A stretch of 64,000 bases of DNA from positions 32,001-96,000 of the forward strand of contig OY970368.1 of the NCBI GenBank assembly GCA_963718615.1, read 5' to 3'. A program made the translations under genes and the position numbers. Origin of the DNA: an uncultured cyanobacterium (lineage in GTDB: Bacteria; Cyanobacteriota; Cyanobacteriia; PCC-9006; JAAUQQ01). The notes under the pieces were generated by a model. That model saw only the letters and a list, made by a program, of their open reading frames with translations, made no database searches and was not told where the DNA came from. Shown here piece after piece: positions 30,695 to 41,376 of the stretch (position 1 is the first letter of the stretch; each line of letters begins with the position of its first letter).

Positions 30695-32056
30695 CTAGGG
30701 CTCGACGAGCGCCGTGGCGATCGCCCGACTTCGCTCCAGCAGCCGAGGCAAATCTATCGTCCTGAGCTCCCCTTGATCCACCACCTTGCGTCCGTTGATA
30801 AAGCTATAGTCCACTTGGGGTGGTTGGCAGAGCACCAGCGCCGCGACGGGGTCCTGCCCACTGCCGGCAAAATGCAGGCGATCAAGATTAAAGGCCACAA
30901 AATCCGCCGCCATTCCAGGGGCTAAATAGCCCACATCCTCCCGGCCTAAGACCTTAGCCCCCCCTCGGGTCGCCAGTTCCAGAGCTTCGCGCGCGGTTAG
31001 GGCTGCCGCATTACCTTCGCGGACGCGGGCCAGCATCAGCGCCATTCGGGCTTCGTTAAGCAAGTGCGTGGCATCATTGGACGCCGCCCCATCGGCCCCC
31101 AGGCCGACCGCAACCCCCTGGTCAAGCATTTTACGAATCGGGGCAATGCCGCTGGCAAGGCGACAGTTGCTGCAGGGACAGTGGGCAACACCAGTACCGG
31201 TTTGGGAAAATTTGGCGATCGCCCCATCGCTCAACTGCACACAGTGGGCATGCCAAACATCGTTGCCTAGCCAACCTACAGACTCCGCATAATCGCCAGG
31301 CGTCAGACCGAACTTTTCTAGGCTATAGGTCACATCCGTGGGGTCTTCCGCGAGATGGGTATGCAACCGCACACCGGGATAGGCGCGGGCCAAGGCGGCT
31401 GATTCTCGCATCAGATCCTGGGACACCGAGAAGGGTGAGCAGGGAGCCAGAACAATGCGGGTCATGGCATAGCGATCGGCATCGTGATAGGTCTCGATCA
31501 ATCGCTGGGAGTCTTTGAGAATGTTGGCTTCCCGCTCCACCAAGCTATCCGGCGGCAGTCCGCCCTGACTTTCTCCGACACTCATGCTGCCCCGACTGGC
31601 GTGGAAGCGCAGGCCGATTTCGCGAATGGCTTCGATTTCATCGTCGAGGGTGCAGTCGTTGGGAAAAAGGTAGAGGTGATCGCTGGCGGTGGTGCAGCCG
31701 GACAGGATTAGCTCAGCGGCGGCAAGCTGGGCGCTGACGCGGACGCCCTCGGCGGTGAGGTTAGCCCAGATGGGATACAGCCCCTGAAGCCAGTGGAACA
31801 AATCGCAGTTTTGAACCGCAGGAATGGCGCGGGTGAGGGTTTGGTAAAAGTGATGGTGGGTGTTGATGAGACCGGGGATAACGACGTGGCGATCGCCCAA
31901 GTCCAAGATTTCGTCTGCCTGATCCGGCAACTCGATTGTAGGACCCATTTGCTCGATGACGCGATCGCGAACATAAAGAGCCCCGTGACGAATTTCAGTT
32001 CGATTCTCGTCGAAGGTGGCGAGGGTGTGAATATTTTTAACGAGCAGCGTTGTCAT
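30695..32056 (-). CDS. 8-oxoguanine deaminase (amidohydrolase)
   Basis: NTHHHFYQTLTRA, DHLYLFP, LAPCSPFSVS, LHTHLAE, HCPCSN; purine operon context. Confidence 0.85.
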   Translation of the reverse strand: MTTLLVKNIHTLATFDENRTEIRHGALYVRDRVIEQMGPTIELPDQADEILDLGDRHVVIPGLINTHHHFYQTLTRAIPAVQNCDLFHWLQGLYPIWANLTAEGVRVSAQLAAAELILSGCTTASDHLYLFPNDCTLDDEIEAIREIGLRFHASRGSMSVGESQGGLPPDSLVEREANILKDSQRLIETYHDADRYAMTRIVLAPCSPFSVSQDLMRESAALARAYPGVRLHTHLAEDPTDVTYSLEKFGLTPGDYAESVGWLGNDVWHAHCVQLSDGAIAKFSQTGTGVAHCPCSNCRLASGIAPIRKMLDQGVAVGLGADGAASNDATHLLNEARMALMLARVREGNAAALTAREALELATRGGAKVLGREDVGYLAPGMAADFVAFNLDRLHFAGSGQDPVAALVLCQPPQVDYSFINGRKVVDQGELRTIDLPRLLERSRAIATALVEP

Positions 32057-32588
32057 GGGAGTTGTCGTGGGAAATGTCCCTGGATGAATCGACCACAATA
32101 GCCCTTAAACGCAGGGCTGCAATTTTTTCAATTTCTGCTAACGCCCTGTTCTTTTCCGTTGGAAGATCCTGTTGTAGGCGTTGTTCAAAGGCGCTGAGAA
32201 TGCTGACTTTTGTATGATATTTGACGGCGACAATAAAGGGAAAACCAAACTTAGTTTTATAGGCCCGATTGAGTTCTTGAAACCGTTCAAATTCGGCGGC
32301 AGATAATTGATCGAGTCCGAGGCTAGCCTGTTCCTGGATCGAAGCCTCGGCCATTTTGGCGCGACTGCCCAGATCGGGGTGGGCTAAAATCAGGGCCAGT
32401 TTGTCAGCTTCGGGACGCGATCGCATCACCGCAATCATTGCCTGCAAGAGATCCTCCCGTGAGCCAAAGGGGCGTTGATTGTAAACCGCTTGGGCGATCG
32501 CAGGCGTATGTTCAAAAATGTCTCCCAGAGCTTCGGTAAAAGCCGCCGGATTCATGTGATTGAGCGTAGCGAGGGAGTAGGGAGGCAT
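32037..32588 (-). CDS. uraD: OHCU decarboxylase
   Basis: IFEHTP, AHPDLG, SIQEQASLGL, YKTKFGFPFIVAV, EIEKIA. Confidence 0.92.
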   Translation of the reverse strand: MPPYSLATLNHMNPAAFTEALGDIFEHTPAIAQAVYNQRPFGSREDLLQAMIAVMRSRPEADKLALILAHPDLGSRAKMAEASIQEQASLGLDQLSAAEFERFQELNRAYKTKFGFPFIVAVKYHTKVSILSAFEQRLQQDLPTEKNRALAEIEKIAALRLRAIVVDSSRDISHDNSHDNAAR

Positions 32589-32613
32589 GGCAAATAGAAA
32601 CAGGGAACTCGCA

Positions 32614-33012
32614 TTAGCTGCCGCGATAGGTGCTGTAGGCCCAAGGGGAAACGAGAAGCGGCACATGATAATGATCACGGGCATCAGCAATGCCAAACTG
32701 GAGCGGTACCCAAGTTAAAAAGGGCGGCTCGGGTAGGCTAAGTTCGGTTTTGGCAAAGTAGTGGCCCACATCAAAAACCAGTTCGTAAATTCCTGGTTGA
32801 AACGCCGCATCCCTGAGCAAGGGTTCATCGGTCCGGCCATCGGCGTTGGTCTGGGTGCGCTTGAGGAGCGATCGCGTTTCCAATTGCGTTTCCGATTGCG
32901 TTTCCAAATTTTGATCGGCACTACCCCGCTCAATTTGCCACAGTGTCAGCATCATTCCCACTGCCGGTGCGCCCCGCGCCGTGTCTAAAACATGTGTTGA
33001 TAACCAGCCCAT
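32614..33012 (-). CDS. uraH: 5-hydroxyisourate hydrolase
   Basis: LSTHVLDTARG, HYHVPLL and C-terminal YSTYRGS. Confidence 0.95.
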   Translation of the reverse strand: MGWLSTHVLDTARGAPAVGMMLTLWQIERGSADQNLETQSETQLETRSLLKRTQTNADGRTDEPLLRDAAFQPGIYELVFDVGHYFAKTELSLPEPPFLTWVPLQFGIADARDHYHVPLLVSPWAYSTYRGS

Positions 33013-34175
33013 CAGCCCAACGGTCCTCCCAAAATTGTCGTGGCTAGGGCATTAATAACATCCTCAGGGGACTCTTGTCTCAGTTGGTCGTACCACTGCT
33101 GCGTGGCTTCCGGCGTTTTGCCGTAGATTGTGTCCGTCCGCTTGCGGGCTTTGAGCACAAGCTGCGCCGTGCGGGCTTTGCGGGCTGCTTCATAGCGGCG
33201 CAGGGCATCGGCCACGCTGAGGTTCGTGGTCACCAGATATTGGGTGAGGATCAAAGCATCTTCGATGGCTTGACACCCCCCCTGGCCTAGGGTTGGTGTG
33301 GTGGCGTGGCCTGAATCACCGAGGAGAGCAACCCGATCGCGCACCAGCCGCTCAGGTGGATCGATATCATGGATTTCTAATCGATTGGCTTCCACCGGAT
33401 CCAGGGTCTGAATCAACGCTTGAACCGGCTCGGGCCAACCGCTAAAAATTTGGGCCAGCTCGGCAGCACGGTTCTCCGGGGCAACCTCCGTCCCTTTCTC
33501 CAGGGGGGCACCAAAAAAGTAATAGAAGCGATCGCCCCCCACAGGCATCATTGAAGCCCGCTTGCTCTCTCCCACATACAACACCCAGTTATCGGGTTCA
33601 CACAACTCCGGTTTAGCCGGAACCAGACCATTCCAGTTCACGTAGTCCGCATAACGCGGCAGGACTTCATGGCCCAGAACATACTGCCGCACCGTTGAGC
33701 GAATGCCATCGGCCCCAATCAGCACATCCCCCGTGGCGCGGCTACCATCTTCAAACACCGCTGTCACGCTGGCTGCATCCTGCTCCACAGCAATGCATTG
33801 CATTCCCAGATGCACTCGCTCTGCCCCCACTGCATCTAGAAGCATCTGCTGTAAATCCGTCCGCGCGACGGGATAAGGCCGTTGACCCACGCGCTCAAAC
33901 AAGGGCTGCAAATCAATTTGGCTGAGGGGTTCATTCTGATGGCTGCGATATTCCATCCGATTCATCTCGCCGCCGATTCCTGCAATTTCCTGACCCAGCC
34001 CCAGCCAGTTGAGTACCTTGATGCCATTAGACCAGAGGGAAATTCCAGCCCCTGCCGGACGCAATTGGGAGGTGCGATCGAAAATCTCCACTGCATATCC
34101 AGCTCGCTGGAAAGCGATACCGGTGGTGAGTCCACCAATCCCGGCACCAATCACAATCGCTTTGAGATTTTCCAT
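33012..34175 (-). CDS. hpxO: FAD-dependent urate hydroxylase
   Basis: IGAGIGG, YVNWNGLV, KRASMMPV, GDSGHATTPTLGQGGCQ; operon context. Confidence 0.88.
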   Translation of the reverse strand: MENLKAIVIGAGIGGLTTGIAFQRAGYAVEIFDRTSQLRPAGAGISLWSNGIKVLNWLGLGQEIAGIGGEMNRMEYRSHQNEPLSQIDLQPLFERVGQRPYPVARTDLQQMLLDAVGAERVHLGMQCIAVEQDAASVTAVFEDGSRATGDVLIGADGIRSTVRQYVLGHEVLPRYADYVNWNGLVPAKPELCEPDNWVLYVGESKRASMMPVGGDRFYYFFGAPLEKGTEVAPENRAAELAQIFSGWPEPVQALIQTLDPVEANRLEIHDIDPPERLVRDRVALLGDSGHATTPTLGQGGCQAIEDALILTQYLVTTNLSVADALRRYEAARKARTAQLVLKARKRTDTIYGKTPEATQQWYDQLRQESPEDVINALATTILGGPLG

Positions 34176-34209
34176 AGTTTCTGATTGATCTGAACGCCGT
34201 CTTGAGCCC

Positions 34210-35649
34210 CTATTGCCGAGGTCCTGGTAAGAAAATATTGAGCAGGAGGGCTGATAATCCACCGGTACTAATGCCCGATGAAAAAATGCTTTTGGCCAGG
34301 GGAGGCAGCTTCGCCAAAATATCTGGTGCAAAGGTGACGCCTAACCCCAACCCCAGAGATACGGCCAAAATAATCGAGGCTCGTTTTGTCAAGTTAACAC
34401 AGGAAATAATCTTAATGCCAGCCACCGCAACCGTCCCGAACATAATCAGCGTTGCCCCCCCCAAAACGGGCTGAGGAATTGCCTGGAAGATGCCGCCAAA
34501 AATCGGAACTAAACCGAGCAGTGCAAAGATACCCGCAATGTAGTAACCCACATACCGACTGCCAATTCCAGTCAACTGAATTACACCGTTATTTTGGCTA
34601 AATGTGGTGTTTGGAAATGTGTTGAAGCAAGCAGCAATGAGCGAGTTTAAACCATCGCCGAGGATGCCACCGCGAATGCGATCGAAATACAGTTTTCCTG
34701 TAATCGGCTGACCCGTCAGCAGTGAGGTCGCGGTCAAATCCCCAGTGGATTCAATGGTTGTAATCAAATACAAAAAGGCAAAGGGTAGAAAGGCGGCAAT
34801 GTCAAACCCAAAGCCGTAGCGAAATGGAATAGGAATCGCGATCAACGGCATACTTCCCAAGCGACTTAGGTCAACTAATCCCATCGGAATCGAAACCACA
34901 TAGCCCACGAGGAGACCAATGGCGATCGAAGACATGCGCAGCAAAGGACTACTCAAACTGTTGAGAATGACGATGATTGCTAGCACTAGACCAGCCAATA
35001 GCAAATATTCAGGATTGCCAAAAGTGTCATTTTGCTTGGCTGCAAAGCCACCGCCAATGCTGGTAATTCCAACATTCACTAAGGTTAAACCAATCAACGT
35101 TACGACAATACCGGTCACCAAGGGCGTAATCAGTCGTTGAGCCAATTGCATAAATCGGCTAAAGATCATCTCGATGAAAGCACCGAAAAAGCAAAGGCCG
35201 AAGATCAAACCTAGAGCTTCGGAGGGCGATCGCCCCGCGCCCACAGCCCCCGTTCCCGCTGCAATAATCGGTCCAATAAAGGCAAAGCTAGTGCCCTGAA
35301 TACTCAGCAACCCTGACCCCACGGGGCCAATTTTCTTGGCCTGGATAAACGTGGCAATCCCTGAAACAAAAAGGGACATGCTGATGAGATAAGAAGTATC
35401 CGTAGGGGGGAGGCCGAGGGCTCCGGAGACGACGAGCGAAGGCGTAATAATGCCAACAAATGAGGCAAAGACATGCTGCAAAGCCGCAAAAATGGATTCG
35501 CGCACGGGGGGGCGATCTTCGAGCCCATAGATTAAGTCAGACTCCAGTAATGCAGGGGATTCAGCCGGATCTGAAAGGGCTGTATCGGGGAGGGCGGCGA
35601 TCGCCTCCCCTGTCGCATACTCGGTTCCAAGGGGTTCACTGGTACTCAT
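34210..35649 (-). CDS. NCS2 xanthine/uric acid permease
   Basis: ALQHVFA, PNTTFSQNNGVIQLTG signature, PVLGGA. Confidence 0.92.
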   Translation of the reverse strand: MSTSEPLGTEYATGEAIAALPDTALSDPAESPALLESDLIYGLEDRPPVRESIFAALQHVFASFVGIITPSLVVSGALGLPPTDTSYLISMSLFVSGIATFIQAKKIGPVGSGLLSIQGTSFAFIGPIIAAGTGAVGAGRSPSEALGLIFGLCFFGAFIEMIFSRFMQLAQRLITPLVTGIVVTLIGLTLVNVGITSIGGGFAAKQNDTFGNPEYLLLAGLVLAIIVILNSLSSPLLRMSSIAIGLLVGYVVSIPMGLVDLSRLGSMPLIAIPIPFRYGFGFDIAAFLPFAFLYLITTIESTGDLTATSLLTGQPITGKLYFDRIRGGILGDGLNSLIAACFNTFPNTTFSQNNGVIQLTGIGSRYVGYYIAGIFALLGLVPIFGGIFQAIPQPVLGGATLIMFGTVAVAGIKIISCVNLTKRASIILAVSLGLGLGVTFAPDILAKLPPLAKSIFSSGISTGGLSALLLNIFLPGPRQ

Positions 35650-35680
35650 ACAATATTTCCTAAAGTTAAAACGCAGTGGC

Positions 35681-37522
35681 TCAAAATCGAAACTGGGTTC
35701 GGACATTGCCCACCCAAAGGGTGGGGTTATCGCTAAAGTTGTTGGGGTTTTGAATCATATAGACCGCCGGAACCAAAGCCAGATTCTCCGTGAGCGGCCA
35801 GTAATAGGTCGCCTCCACTTCATATTGAATGCCGCCATCGCCGCCACCTGCTGCCAGGAATCGACGACCCTCTAAAATCGAAAAGGGCACCCCATAGGAA
35901 AGCGTTAGCAATGCACCCGGTCGGCCTAGGTCAGGAAAAGCAAGCCCCGCCTGAAACGCTTGGGCATTGACCTCTCCATCGGCTCGACCGGCGGTGGTGG
36001 GCTCAATTTGGGTACTGCCATAGAAGTAGCGACCAAAGACCCCTAAGCGCTTGCCCAAACGCCAATCAAAATTGACACCAAAGGTATCAGCCTTGGCCGT
36101 TTCAATGGACCCTCCAAAGCCATCATCGGCCACGCCGTAAATTGGTTCTCCGGTGGCTCCCCCAACCCCAAATCCAGTCAAGGCCCCGGTTTCACTAAAC
36201 AGCGGTACATTATTATCGAGATTAGAGCGGGTGTAGAGCAAACGCACATTAGTACTCTTTGTGGGTTTAAGGGTCAGCCCCGCCGTCAGTGTATTCGTAC
36301 CGCCGAATAAACCGCCCTTGCTCGCATCGGAAGAGGTATTAAAAAAGGCGCTGGGTAAAAACTCGGTATTCTCGCCCAAATAGCCCACACTCACATTGAG
36401 CCAATCCGCCGCATCCCAGCGCACCACGGCCCCAGAACCTCGATCGATGGCATTGACCAACGTACCGCCGCTGCTGTTGAAACTGCCTGCCCCGGTCAAG
36501 AAAAACGTATAGGCATTGCCATCAAAATAGCGATACCAGTTCAGCCGAGGCCCCACGGCTACACGCACATGGTCTCCCACTGGGAAATCGTAAAATAGCT
36601 CCCGTACGACCACCGTATTGGCTGTTGGAGTTCCAGTTTGATCGGTAAAGGGCACACCAAAGGTATTAAACAGCCCCGCAGAAGCGTAAAAGTTAGCGGA
36701 CGAGACGCTGTTACCCACGGCCAATTGTGTCACCAACTGATCTTTGCCGGTAAAGGAAGTATTGAGCGACAGCAGGGCATAGGCCCCTAGCGTTACCCCT
36801 GGATCATCCGTTTCCGTGGCCACCAACGGTTCTGCGGTCAGCGAATTTCGCCCAGCCCGACGCAAATTGAGCGGTGTGCTGAGGCTACTGGCTTCAATCT
36901 TGACATCATCCCCACCGAAGGCCCCCGTGAGGTTAAAGAATACATTGGCGCTGAGTTTAGTCGTCGTGGAAAACTGGTTCGCCTCTAGCTCAGCAGTTCG
37001 GGCCTCTAAGGCATCGACTCGTCCCCGCAGAGTCGCCAGCTCCGCTTGAAACTCCTCTTGCAATCGCTGCACTGTGGCTAAATCATCTGCTGAAACTAAA
37101 TCCGCAGTCGCGGAGGCAATTAACTCATTGACGCGATCGAGACAAGCATTCAATCCCGCTGCAAACTCATAGCGGGTCATGGCTCGGCTACCCCGATAGG
37201 TACCGTCTGGATAGCCCGCAATGCAGCCATAGCGCTCCACCAGCGATTGCAGGGCTTGAAATGCCCAATCAGTTGGTCGCACATCCCGTAGCTGATCGAC
37301 GCTGGTCACCTGATCCATGGCATCTTCGGATGATAGCCCCGCGTCAATTTGGGCAATCCCTTGGGCCATCTCTTGGGCCATCTCTTGTTGGGCAATCCCT
37401 TTGGCCATGCCTGCGCCCTGGCCCAAGACAACATTGAGCAATACAACTAGGACAAACGCCGGAAAATTCGATACTAAAAAAACTGCAGATGGTTCATTCA
37501 ACAACCCAACCCTCACTCCCAA
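35681..37522 (-). CDS. Cyanobacterial SLH-domain porin (OprB/'iron uptake porin' family)
   Basis: QVTSVDQLRDVRPTDWAFQALQSLVERYGCIAGYPDG, FSTTTKL and terminal F. Start is uncertain. Confidence 0.9.
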   Translation of the reverse strand: MGVRVGLLNEPSAVFLVSNFPAFVLVVLLNVVLGQGAGMAKGIAQQEMAQEMAQGIAQIDAGLSSEDAMDQVTSVDQLRDVRPTDWAFQALQSLVERYGCIAGYPDGTYRGSRAMTRYEFAAGLNACLDRVNELIASATADLVSADDLATVQRLQEEFQAELATLRGRVDALEARTAELEANQFSTTTKLSANVFFNLTGAFGGDDVKIEASSLSTPLNLRRAGRNSLTAEPLVATETDDPGVTLGAYALLSLNTSFTGKDQLVTQLAVGNSVSSANFYASAGLFNTFGVPFTDQTGTPTANTVVVRELFYDFPVGDHVRVAVGPRLNWYRYFDGNAYTFFLTGAGSFNSSGGTLVNAIDRGSGAVVRWDAADWLNVSVGYLGENTEFLPSAFFNTSSDASKGGLFGGTNTLTAGLTLKPTKSTNVRLLYTRSNLDNNVPLFSETGALTGFGVGGATGEPIYGVADDGFGGSIETAKADTFGVNFDWRLGKRLGVFGRYFYGSTQIEPTTAGRADGEVNAQAFQAGLAFPDLGRPGALLTLSYGVPFSILEGRRFLAAGGGDGGIQYEVEATYYWPLTENLALVPAVYMIQNPNNFSDNPTLWVGNVRTQFRF

Positions 37523-37609
37523 TCACATCAACGAGAAGCACTTGCCCGTCAGTGTAGGGAGTCCTCAGGGATGGGGTTGTATCCGTCAAGACAAATCCCA
37601 ATCTTCCGT

Positions 37610-39061
37610 TTAGATTCCGTTTTCTGCATTCTGATATAACGGATTGCCCATGACATAGGTGGCCTGTACTGCGCGATCGTCCCCTAGCATCAAGAGGGAG
37701 AAGAGGCGATCGCCCACCTGGGCCAAACCCATCGAATGCTCTCCTTTCGCATCCGTCCAATCCGTCAAATTACGGAAGGCCAATAGAGGCGTTGCCCGCG
37801 AATTGAGCACCACAAAATCAGCGTCTTTTCCCAAAGCAAAGCTACCCAACCTCGATTCTAGTCGCAGGGCCTGAGCCCCCCCTAAGGTCGCGAGAAACAA
37901 AGCCTGAAAGGGCGAAAGTTTTTGCCCCCGTAGCTGCGCAACCTTATAGGCTTCGTTACTGGTTTGTAGGAGTGAAAAGCTGGTACCTGCCCCGACATCG
38001 GTTCCAAGACCCAGCTTAACTGGATGTTGCGTAGATTTTGCTTGTTCGAGGCGAAATAAACCGCTACCCAAGAAAAGATTAGAGGTGGGGCAAAAGGCGA
38101 TCGCTGCCTCTGCCTCCGACAACCGTGCAAATTCACGATCGCTGAGATGTACACCATGGGCAAAAATCGAGCGATCGGTGACTAAGCCCGCCTGATCATA
38201 GACATCGAGATAGCCTTGGCGGTCCGGAAATAACTCCTTAACCCAGGCGATTTCATTCAGGCTTTCAGACAAATGGGTATGTAGATAAACATCAGGATAT
38301 TCTGATAATAAACGTCCTGCGATCGCTAATTGTTCATCGCTCGAAGTAATCGCAAATCGAGGCGTAACGGCATAGCGTAAGCGACCTTTATGATGCCATT
38401 TTTCAATGAGTGCTTTAGTTTCTATATAGGACGATTCTGCTGTATCGCAGAGAAAATCTGGCGCATTGCGATCCATCATCACCTTGCCCGCAATCATACA
38501 AAGATTGCGCTGTTCTGCCGCTTCAAAAAACGCATCAACGGATTCGGGATAGACCGCTGCAAACACCAATGCAGTTGTTGTTCCGTGGCGCAAAAGTTCC
38601 TCTAGAAAAAACGCGGCGACCTGCTGGGCATAGGTCCGATCCTGAAATTTGGCTTCCGTCGGGAAAGTATAGTTGCTCAGCCATTCCAAGAGCTGTTCCC
38701 CGTAGGAAGCAATCATCTCCGTTTGGGGATAGTGAACGTGGGTATCGATTAAGCCGGGGATAATCAGAAACTCGGAGGAGTAGGCCGTTGTGGGGAGATG
38801 ACTGTAGCGATCGCCCAACTCCGAAAACGGCCCAAACGCAACAATCTTGCCGCTTTCAAGCACTAACAAACCATCCGGCAGCCAGCGTACTGCCTCCGCT
38901 TCGGCTACAAAAAACGGATCCGCAATGCAGTCTAGAAAGGAACCGCGAATAGCGCTCAGGGAGCCAGCAGCGCTGCTCTCAGCGGTATGGGTCTCGGGAT
39001 CGACGTTATCAGCGGCATCATGGGAATAGGGCATGGGCTCAAGCGCAAAGGGCGATCGCAC
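37610..39061 (-). CDS. guaD: Guanine deaminase
   Basis: DTHVHYPQ, YGEQLLEWL, YAVTPRFA, HTHLSE, FCPTSNLFLGSG, TDVGAGTS. Confidence 0.95.
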   Translation of the reverse strand: MRSPFALEPMPYSHDAADNVDPETHTAESSAAGSLSAIRGSFLDCIADPFFVAEAEAVRWLPDGLLVLESGKIVAFGPFSELGDRYSHLPTTAYSSEFLIIPGLIDTHVHYPQTEMIASYGEQLLEWLSNYTFPTEAKFQDRTYAQQVAAFFLEELLRHGTTTALVFAAVYPESVDAFFEAAEQRNLCMIAGKVMMDRNAPDFLCDTAESSYIETKALIEKWHHKGRLRYAVTPRFAITSSDEQLAIAGRLLSEYPDVYLHTHLSESLNEIAWVKELFPDRQGYLDVYDQAGLVTDRSIFAHGVHLSDREFARLSEAEAAIAFCPTSNLFLGSGLFRLEQAKSTQHPVKLGLGTDVGAGTSFSLLQTSNEAYKVAQLRGQKLSPFQALFLATLGGAQALRLESRLGSFALGKDADFVVLNSRATPLLAFRNLTDWTDAKGEHSMGLAQVGDRLFSLLMLGDDRAVQATYVMGNPLYQNAENGI

Positions 39062-39110
39062 ACAGGTCTCCTATGCTAGCTTAGCCTCCATCGAAGTTAG
39101 AAGATAGAGG

Positions 39111-39569
39111 TTAAAGGAGCCGAATTCCCCGCGCCAAGATTGCTGCAAACAACGGAATGAGTGCAAATCCCATCAACTCTCCTCGAATGAACCAGGTCAG
39201 GCGCTGAACCTGCCTTAAATCTAAGTGAGGTGGCTTGCCTTCCCGTAAGCCCTTCACCCAGGAAACAAAGGAAAAGGTGGGATAGAGAGACAACAAACTA
39301 ACCAGGATGAAGATACCAACTTTGAGATAAAAGACAGGGCTGCTGAGATAGTATTCAGAACCTTTGCCAAAATAGATCACTCTGAGAATTCCGGTCATCA
39401 AAATGGTGGTTGCAGATAACCCATAAATGGCATCTGCTATCATCACTTTCCAGGCTTCGGCTAGGCTGAGATCTGTTTTCAGCGTTTGATTTTCAACTAC
39501 CAACGCCCCAAAGGCCACCATAAACCCTAAATAGTGTAAATATGCTGTAATTGCACTTCCCCACATCAC
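39111..39569 (-). CDS. DUF2214-family membrane protein
   Basis: AYLHYL, DAIYG, GILRVIYFGKG, SLYPT. Confidence 0.82.
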   Translation of the reverse strand: MMWGSAITAYLHYLGFMVAFGALVVENQTLKTDLSLAEAWKVMIADAIYGLSATTILMTGILRVIYFGKGSEYYLSSPVFYLKVGIFILVSLLSLYPTFSFVSWVKGLREGKPPHLDLRQVQRLTWFIRGELMGFALIPLFAAILARGIRLL

Positions 39570-39621
39570 TTTTTCTGTCCTGACAGGTCTATTTTTCGCA
39601 GTTTTGCACGCTTTCTCGTAC

Positions 39622-40161
39622 TTAATAAATCCAAGGAATGAGTTTCTTGACTTGCGATTGATAACGATCGTAATCAGAAAATTTATCCTTCAGCCATGCT
39701 TCTTCTTTTCTAGCTTTAATATCGAAAAACAGTAATAATCCCAGGGCACCCATGCCGTGGATTAAACTCCATTGCCAGCAACTGTAGGCGATCGCCAAAA
39801 AGATGACGCCACTATAAATCGGATGTCTAACGATTCCATAAACACCACCCGTAACCAACTCCCCCTCATCCTTGGGATGGGGCAAGGGAGTAAGATTCTC
39901 GCCCAAGGCCATGACGCCCCAAAGTAAGAGCCCTGCGGCAATCAGGCTAAAAAGACCCGCAGCCCCCCAGCCGACCAGTTGCCCAATCGGCGACCCAGAC
40001 CCTAGCGTGGCTCCTGGATAGACCGGCAACAAAATAAACCCAAGGGAAAGCAGGCCTTGACCGAGCGCCCAGTATTCCCCCCGCTCTCCTCGCCACCATT
40101 GGGCTGAGAATCCCCACGCCTTCAGTTGATTCATCTCGATTTGAGTTTCTCCGTAAAACAA
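39622..40161 (-). CDS. Isoprenylcysteine carboxyl methyltransferase family protein
   Basis: LVTGGVYGIVRHPIYSG, KARKEEAWL, YDRY. Confidence 0.88.
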   Translation of the reverse strand: MFYGETQIEMNQLKAWGFSAQWWRGERGEYWALGQGLLSLGFILLPVYPGATLGSGSPIGQLVGWGAAGLFSLIAAGLLLWGVMALGENLTPLPHPKDEGELVTGGVYGIVRHPIYSGVIFLAIAYSCWQWSLIHGMGALGLLLFFDIKARKEEAWLKDKFSDYDRYQSQVKKLIPWIY

Positions 40162-40187
40162 TAGTGCAACGGCGATCGCCTACCGAG

Positions 40188-41282
40188 CTAAGCCACGAAC
40201 TCTGCCATCAATTCAGCGACGGGTACAATTTTCTGCGCACGGCCAGCATTACTCCCCGCAAAAATCAGACCATTTTCGATGTCTCCCCGCGCCGCCTTAT
40301 CTAACACCTGAATAATGCAATAGTGTTTTCCCTCATCTCGGCATTGGCAGACGTGCAAACAGCTCGCCAGACAGCGTTTATCTAAATCCGGGGAATTGGC
40401 GATCGCCTTGTCCACAAAAGCATTGCGCAACGCCCGTCCCGGCATTCCCACTGGACTAGAAATAATGACTACATCTTCAGGTTTAGCCTGAAGATGAAAT
40501 TCCTTGTAGCGAATATCTGCATCACACTCGTCCGTTGTAATAAAACGCGTGCCAACCTGAACCCCCTGAGCCCCCAGAGACAACATTCGGTACAGGTCCG
40601 CTTGATCCCAAACCCCCCCGGCGGCAATCACCGGAATAGATTGACTGAATTCGTCTTGTAAATAGGCGACCAACTCGGGAATCACCTGTTCGGCATCTAA
40701 GGCGCGATCGCCCAGTTCCGTAACCTTCGCCCCCAAATGTCCCCCCGCCGAATTGGGATTTTCGACCACAAAGGCGTCGGGCAATCGTCCATACAAGCGT
40801 TGCCATTTACGGCAAATCACACGCGCGGCACGGGTACTAGAAACAATGGGAACCAACGCAACCTCTGGATGATCCGTCGTATATTCCGGCAATTGCAGGG
40901 GTAATCCTGCCCCCGAAATAATCAGATTAATTCCCTCTTCTACAGCGGTGTGCACTAGGGTTTCGTAATCCTGGGCAACCACCATGGCATTAATCCCTAA
41001 AACCCCCTCAGGGCTTAAGGCACGGGCCGTTTGGATTTCATCAATTAGAGCCAGCCGATTGGCTTCAAAAAACTGTTCTCGCCGTTTACGCAGATTCGGC
41101 TGGGTGATGTCGAAATAGGGTGAGTTTAAGCCTAACCCCACCGCAGAAATAATCCCGATTCCCCCCGCGTTGGCAACCGCAGCGGCAAGGTGTGCCCCAG
41201 AGATCCGAATCCCCATACCGCCCTGAATGATGGGATAGCGGGCAATATGTTGACCAATTTGGAGGGAAGGTAAGGTTGACAT
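40188..41282 (-). CDS. Nitronate monooxygenase / FabK-like flavin oxidoreductase
   Basis: PIIQGGMG, AGGHLG, IAAGG, GVQVGTRF, SPVGMPGRA. Confidence 0.88.
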   Translation of the reverse strand: MSTLPSLQIGQHIARYPIIQGGMGIRISGAHLAAAVANAGGIGIISAVGLGLNSPYFDITQPNLRKRREQFFEANRLALIDEIQTARALSPEGVLGINAMVVAQDYETLVHTAVEEGINLIISGAGLPLQLPEYTTDHPEVALVPIVSSTRAARVICRKWQRLYGRLPDAFVVENPNSAGGHLGAKVTELGDRALDAEQVIPELVAYLQDEFSQSIPVIAAGGVWDQADLYRMLSLGAQGVQVGTRFITTDECDADIRYKEFHLQAKPEDVVIISSPVGMPGRALRNAFVDKAIANSPDLDKRCLASCLHVCQCRDEGKHYCIIQVLDKAARGDIENGLIFAGSNAGRAQKIVPVAELMAEFVA

Positions 41283-41376
41283 AGCAGGATAGAAGTTCGG
41301 TACTCGAGTGTTCGGTCGTTCTGAATGACCTCAACTCCTCCAAGCATAGATCTATTTCTTCTATATAGCTATAAAG

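Noticed and set aside
39030-39110. Purine riboswitch upstream of guaD
   Set aside because: The intergenic region is too short and has no aptamer consensus.
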